Shown here piece by piece: positions 60,779 to 64,000 of a stretch of DNA of 64,000 bases. The position numbers were made by a program, and so were the translations under genes. This DNA is from an uncultured delta proteobacterium (GTDB taxonomy: Bacteria; Desulfobacterota; RBG-13-43-22), in NCBI GenBank assembly GCA_963790475.1, contig CAWBOS010000010.1:1344001-1408000 (forward strand), given 5' to 3'. How positions within the stretch are numbered: the stretch's first letter is position 1; the number at the start of each line of letters is the position of its first letter. The notes below the pieces were generated by a model, which made no database searches, was not told the origin of the DNA, and saw only the letters and a list, made by a program, of their open reading frames with translations.

Positions 60779-61669
60779 ATGGAGACCTTATATCAAATTC
60801 TCTCACCCGATTTCCTCCTGCGTAATTCGGTTTATGCCAGTGTACTCATCGGGTTTGCTTGCCCGCTTGTCGGTGTGTTTCTGGTGATGCGCCGGTTGGT
60901 GTTTATGGGTGTAGCCCTGCCGCAGATTTCCTCGACGGGCATCGCTATCGCCCTTTCGCTCCCCTTATGGTTCGGATTCAAACTGGCCGATCATGGCTCG
61001 CAAAGCGCTCATGCGCTTGCTTTTGTAGGCTCGACGATCTTTTCGTTGACCGCTATCCTGGTGTTGGCGCTTTTGGAACGACGCGGACGCGGCCTGCCCG
61101 AAGGCCGGCTGGGGACAGCCTATGTCGTGGCCTCCGCCTTGAGTATCCTGTTGCTGTCAAAAAACCCCTATGGCGAGATCGGTTGGTTAGATCTGCTGAA
61201 GGGGGAGGTGATCACCGTCTCCAATTTCGATCTCGTGCTTACGGCCGCCACCCTTACCCTCGTTCTCGCTATACTCGGACTGTTCCACAAGGAGTTTCTC
61301 CTGGTCTCGTTCGACCGCGAGATGGCAACGATACTTGGCAAGAACGTGGTTTTCTGGGACGTACTGCTCTATTTACTGATCGGCCTGACTGTTTCCATGG
61401 CTGTGCTCAGTGTCGGTCCGCTGATCGCCTTCGGATTTTTGTTGATCCCCGCGCTGACGGCACACCTGTTCGCCCGGAATATGCGCGCTTTCACGATGCT
61501 GGCCTCTTTGATCGGCGGCACGGCCGCCTTCTTCGGCTTCTGGATCGCCTATCAATGGGATTTACCGGTCGGCCCGACCGATGTCGTTCTCCTGGGTGTG
61601 TTCTATGCGATCGCCGGAGCTATCGTCAAACTGCTCTCCGGCAGCCCCCGACAGGCTCACAAGTCTTAG
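60779..61669 (+). CDS. Metal ABC permease (ABC-3)
   Basis: GVFLVMRR, SFDREMA and FLLIPALTA motifs. Confidence 0.88.
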   Translation: METLYQILSPDFLLRNSVYASVLIGFACPLVGVFLVMRRLVFMGVALPQISSTGIAIALSLPLWFGFKLADHGSQSAHALAFVGSTIFSLTAILVLALLERRGRGLPEGRLGTAYVVASALSILLLSKNPYGEIGWLDLLKGEVITVSNFDLVLTAATLTLVLAILGLFHKEFLLVSFDREMATILGKNVVFWDVLLYLLIGLTVSMAVLSVGPLIAFGFLLIPALTAHLFARNMRAFTMLASLIGGTAAFFGFWIAYQWDLPVGPTDVVLLGVFYAIAGAIVKLLSGSPRQAHKS

Positions 61670-61791
61670 ACTGCACCGTTCATAGCTGGGCCGGTTTTGA
61701 AGGAACAGACGGATTTTGAGAAAAAAAGCTTCCATTCGGCTTTTAATGATTTTCCTGGAAGCTCGTTAGACTTAAAAAGGGGGATACCGAA

Positions 61792-62391
61792 ATGAGACGT
61801 GCCTTGCGATTCTCGCTTATATTCATTTTCTTCGTATCACCATTTCTTAGTCGGCAGCTTATGGCTGAGCCGGCGGAACAAAAGAAGATTCAAGCCGAAG
61901 AGGGAATCGAAAACACCGGTACTGTCAGACAGACACTCGAGATGAAAGACACCGAAGACCCTGTCCGCCCCCTATCCCCGCACAGGTCGTCCATGGCTGT
62001 CGCTGAAGCAAGGTTTATCGATAACCGAGACGGGACAATCACGGATATGAAACGGAGAATAATGTGGCAACGGGACGATAATGGGAAAGAGGTCACCTTC
62101 GAGGAGGCGCAGCAGTACTGTAAGACTTTACAGCTGGGTGGCTATACGGATTGGCGTCTGCCCGGACCGGACGAACAAGAAACAGCGGTGGTCTTCGAAT
62201 TGATGAGGCCCAGACATTCTCCCGATGTCTATGCCCATTTTGATCTCTATTGGTCATCAGACCCCACGGTCTTGCTCCCATTCAACTATCGCCCCGCTCT
62301 TGGGACACAGGTCTCGCGGGCCTACCCGGCAAAGGGTGACCAAAGAGCCTTCGTAAGAGCTGTCCGCTCGTTAGTGCCGGCTAAACCCTAA
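61792..62391 (+). CDS. Secreted DUF1566 (Lcl C-terminal) protein
   Basis: DNRDGTITD..MWQ, AQQYC, GGYTDWRLP, YWSS and VRAVR motifs. Confidence 0.85.
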   Translation: MRRALRFSLIFIFFVSPFLSRQLMAEPAEQKKIQAEEGIENTGTVRQTLEMKDTEDPVRPLSPHRSSMAVAEARFIDNRDGTITDMKRRIMWQRDDNGKEVTFEEAQQYCKTLQLGGYTDWRLPGPDEQETAVVFELMRPRHSPDVYAHFDLYWSSDPTVLLPFNYRPALGTQVSRAYPAKGDQRAFVRAVRSLVPAKP

Positions 62392-62398
62392 AATAATC

Positions 62399-63199
62399 TC
62401 AATTCCTCTTAGCCAAAAATATCAAAGCAAATAGGGCCAGCATGATCAAAACAATCGTGCCGCCGGTCGAAAGATTCAGATAAAAGGAAGCAAAAATTCC
62501 GGAGATCACCGAAAAGAGCGATATGATTTCGGCATAAATAATGGTGGTTATAAAATTTTTTCGAAACTGCAAGGCGGCCGTAACCGGAATAACAATGAGC
62601 GCGCCAATGAGCAGAATCCCGACGATGGGAATGGCCAGCGAAACCGTGAGGGCGGAAAGGACAATAAGGACGGTGTTAACCAGACGAACCGGAACTCCGC
62701 TGACCTTGGCGGCCTCCTCATCGAAGGTAACGTACACCAGCTCTTTGTAAAAAGCCGCTAAAATAAAAATAACGACCAGGGCCAGGATTGAAATGATAAG
62801 GACGTCCTTTTGGGTGACGGTCACAATACTGCCGAATAAATAATCAAACAGGTTGGTATTGAACCCATGAGTCCAGCTTAGAATGACGACCGCCAGGGCC
62901 AGGCTTCCTGAAAGAAAAAGGGCCAAAGCCGACTCGCCGTAAACCTTTTTGGAGGTACGCAAACGATCGATGCCCAAGGAGGCTACAACTGCGGTGATCA
63001 GGGCGGTCAAAATGGGACTAAGTCCGAGGAACAATCCGATGGCGATCCCCGCCAGGGAGATATGGGCCAGGGTATCCGCTATAAGAGAATACCTCCGGAG
63101 AACCAGAAAAATTCCGATGAACGGAGCGATAAGGGCGACAATGATCCCCGCTTCCAGCCCTCGAACAATGAACCCGTATTGAAAAAGATTTAAAATCAT
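62399..63199 (-). CDS. znuB: Zinc ABC permease
   Basis: FLVLRRYSLIADTLAH, YLFGSI and TFDEEAAKVSG motifs. Confidence 0.85.
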   Translation of the reverse strand: MILNLFQYGFIVRGLEAGIIVALIAPFIGIFLVLRRYSLIADTLAHISLAGIAIGLFLGLSPILTALITAVVASLGIDRLRTSKKVYGESALALFLSGSLALAVVILSWTHGFNTNLFDYLFGSIVTVTQKDVLIISILALVVIFILAAFYKELVYVTFDEEAAKVSGVPVRLVNTVLIVLSALTVSLAIPIVGILLIGALIVIPVTAALQFRKNFITTIIYAEIISLFSVISGIFASFYLNLSTGGTIVLIMLALFALIFLAKRN

Positions 63200-63970
63200 T
63201 TAGGGGTGGTGATGATAGGTGATAATTTTAACGTCTTGTCCAAAAACTTTATCAGACCGGCTTTCTTTTAGATATTCTTCGGGCGAAGCATGGCAGGTCA
63301 GAGTCCGATCGACACAGTTGATATGCATCACTTCCTGGGTTATCCGCCCGATATCATGGGAGACGATAGCGATGGCCAGACCCTGTTCCTGATTGAGATT
63401 TTTAAGGAGCGCAAAAAACCGGTCTTGCGTCTTCTCATCCGTGCCGGCAGTCGGCTCATCCAAAAAAATCACCTCCGGTTGATTCACCAGGGCCCGCGCA
63501 ATAAACACGCGCTGCTGCTGACCTACCGAAAGATCGCCGATGAGGCGCTCCCGATATCCCCACATAGCGACTTTCTCAAGGGCGTCTTTCACGGCTTTCC
63601 GGTCTTCTTTCGTGGTCCTTTGAAATAACCCTCTTTTTACATATCGGCCCATGAGCACCACTTCCTGGGCATTGGCCGGAAAATTGACATCAAAATTTGT
63701 GGCCTTCTGTGGAACATAACCGATCTTGTGCCAATCTTTGAAAACATTAATATCTTGTCCGAATAATTTCACCGTTCCACTCTTTGGAGTAAACAGATGG
63801 AGTATGATTTTAAAAAGTGTCGTTTTCCCCGCACCATTCGGACCGATGAATCCGATATAATCTCCCTGGTGTATTTCAAGGGTAATGTTCTCCAAAACAT
63901 TCTCGATACCGTCATAGGTAAAGAAAACCTCTTTGACTTCAATGATATTTTTGGTGTGATCTACCGGCAT
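63200..63970 (-). CDS. znuC: Zinc ABC ATPase
   Basis: GPNGAGKTT, GYVPQ, LSVGQQQR, VSHD and C-terminal HHH. Confidence 0.85.
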   Translation of the reverse strand: MPVDHTKNIIEVKEVFFTYDGIENVLENITLEIHQGDYIGFIGPNGAGKTTLFKIILHLFTPKSGTVKLFGQDINVFKDWHKIGYVPQKATNFDVNFPANAQEVVLMGRYVKRGLFQRTTKEDRKAVKDALEKVAMWGYRERLIGDLSVGQQQRVFIARALVNQPEVIFLDEPTAGTDEKTQDRFFALLKNLNQEQGLAIAIVSHDIGRITQEVMHINCVDRTLTCHASPEEYLKESRSDKVFGQDVKIITYHHHP

Positions 63971-64000
63971 TGCAAGGCTATTCGCAAGTTAACGAGGTTT

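Overview
64 kb of bacterial chromosome. Gene content and repeat families suggest an anaerobic Desulfobacterota/deltaproteobacterium (inference). Several conserved genes carry single-base frameshifts, probably assembly errors. 0-33 kb is metabolic and signalling: two STAND-ATPase/TPR proteins, a serine hydrolase, an acyl-CoA dehydrogenase with a wHTH-like tail, mogA, an EF-G paralog, a liv ABC operon, a murU/amgK-like pair, a PLC/P1-like hydrolase, a Tat-exported superoxide reductase, uup, GH15 and an M23 peptidase. 33-40 kb is an accessory, defence-like island: two attC-bounded nuclease-like cassettes with no integrase in view, three antitoxins whose toxins are deleted or absent, nested MITEs, and a WYL regulator with a palindromic operator. 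40-55.7 kb is a phosphate island (phoBR, two different pstSCAB sets, phoU, a porin) with five Pho boxes of near-identical geometry, one driving an uncharacterised double zinc-ribbon gene. 57-64 kb holds two convergent metal-uptake ABC systems. The first is led by a DUF2946-type His/CxxC peptide with a RAPP ribosome-arrest motif and an anti-Shine-Dalgarno sequence beside the predicted stall site. No rRNA, tRNA or CRISPR array was seen.
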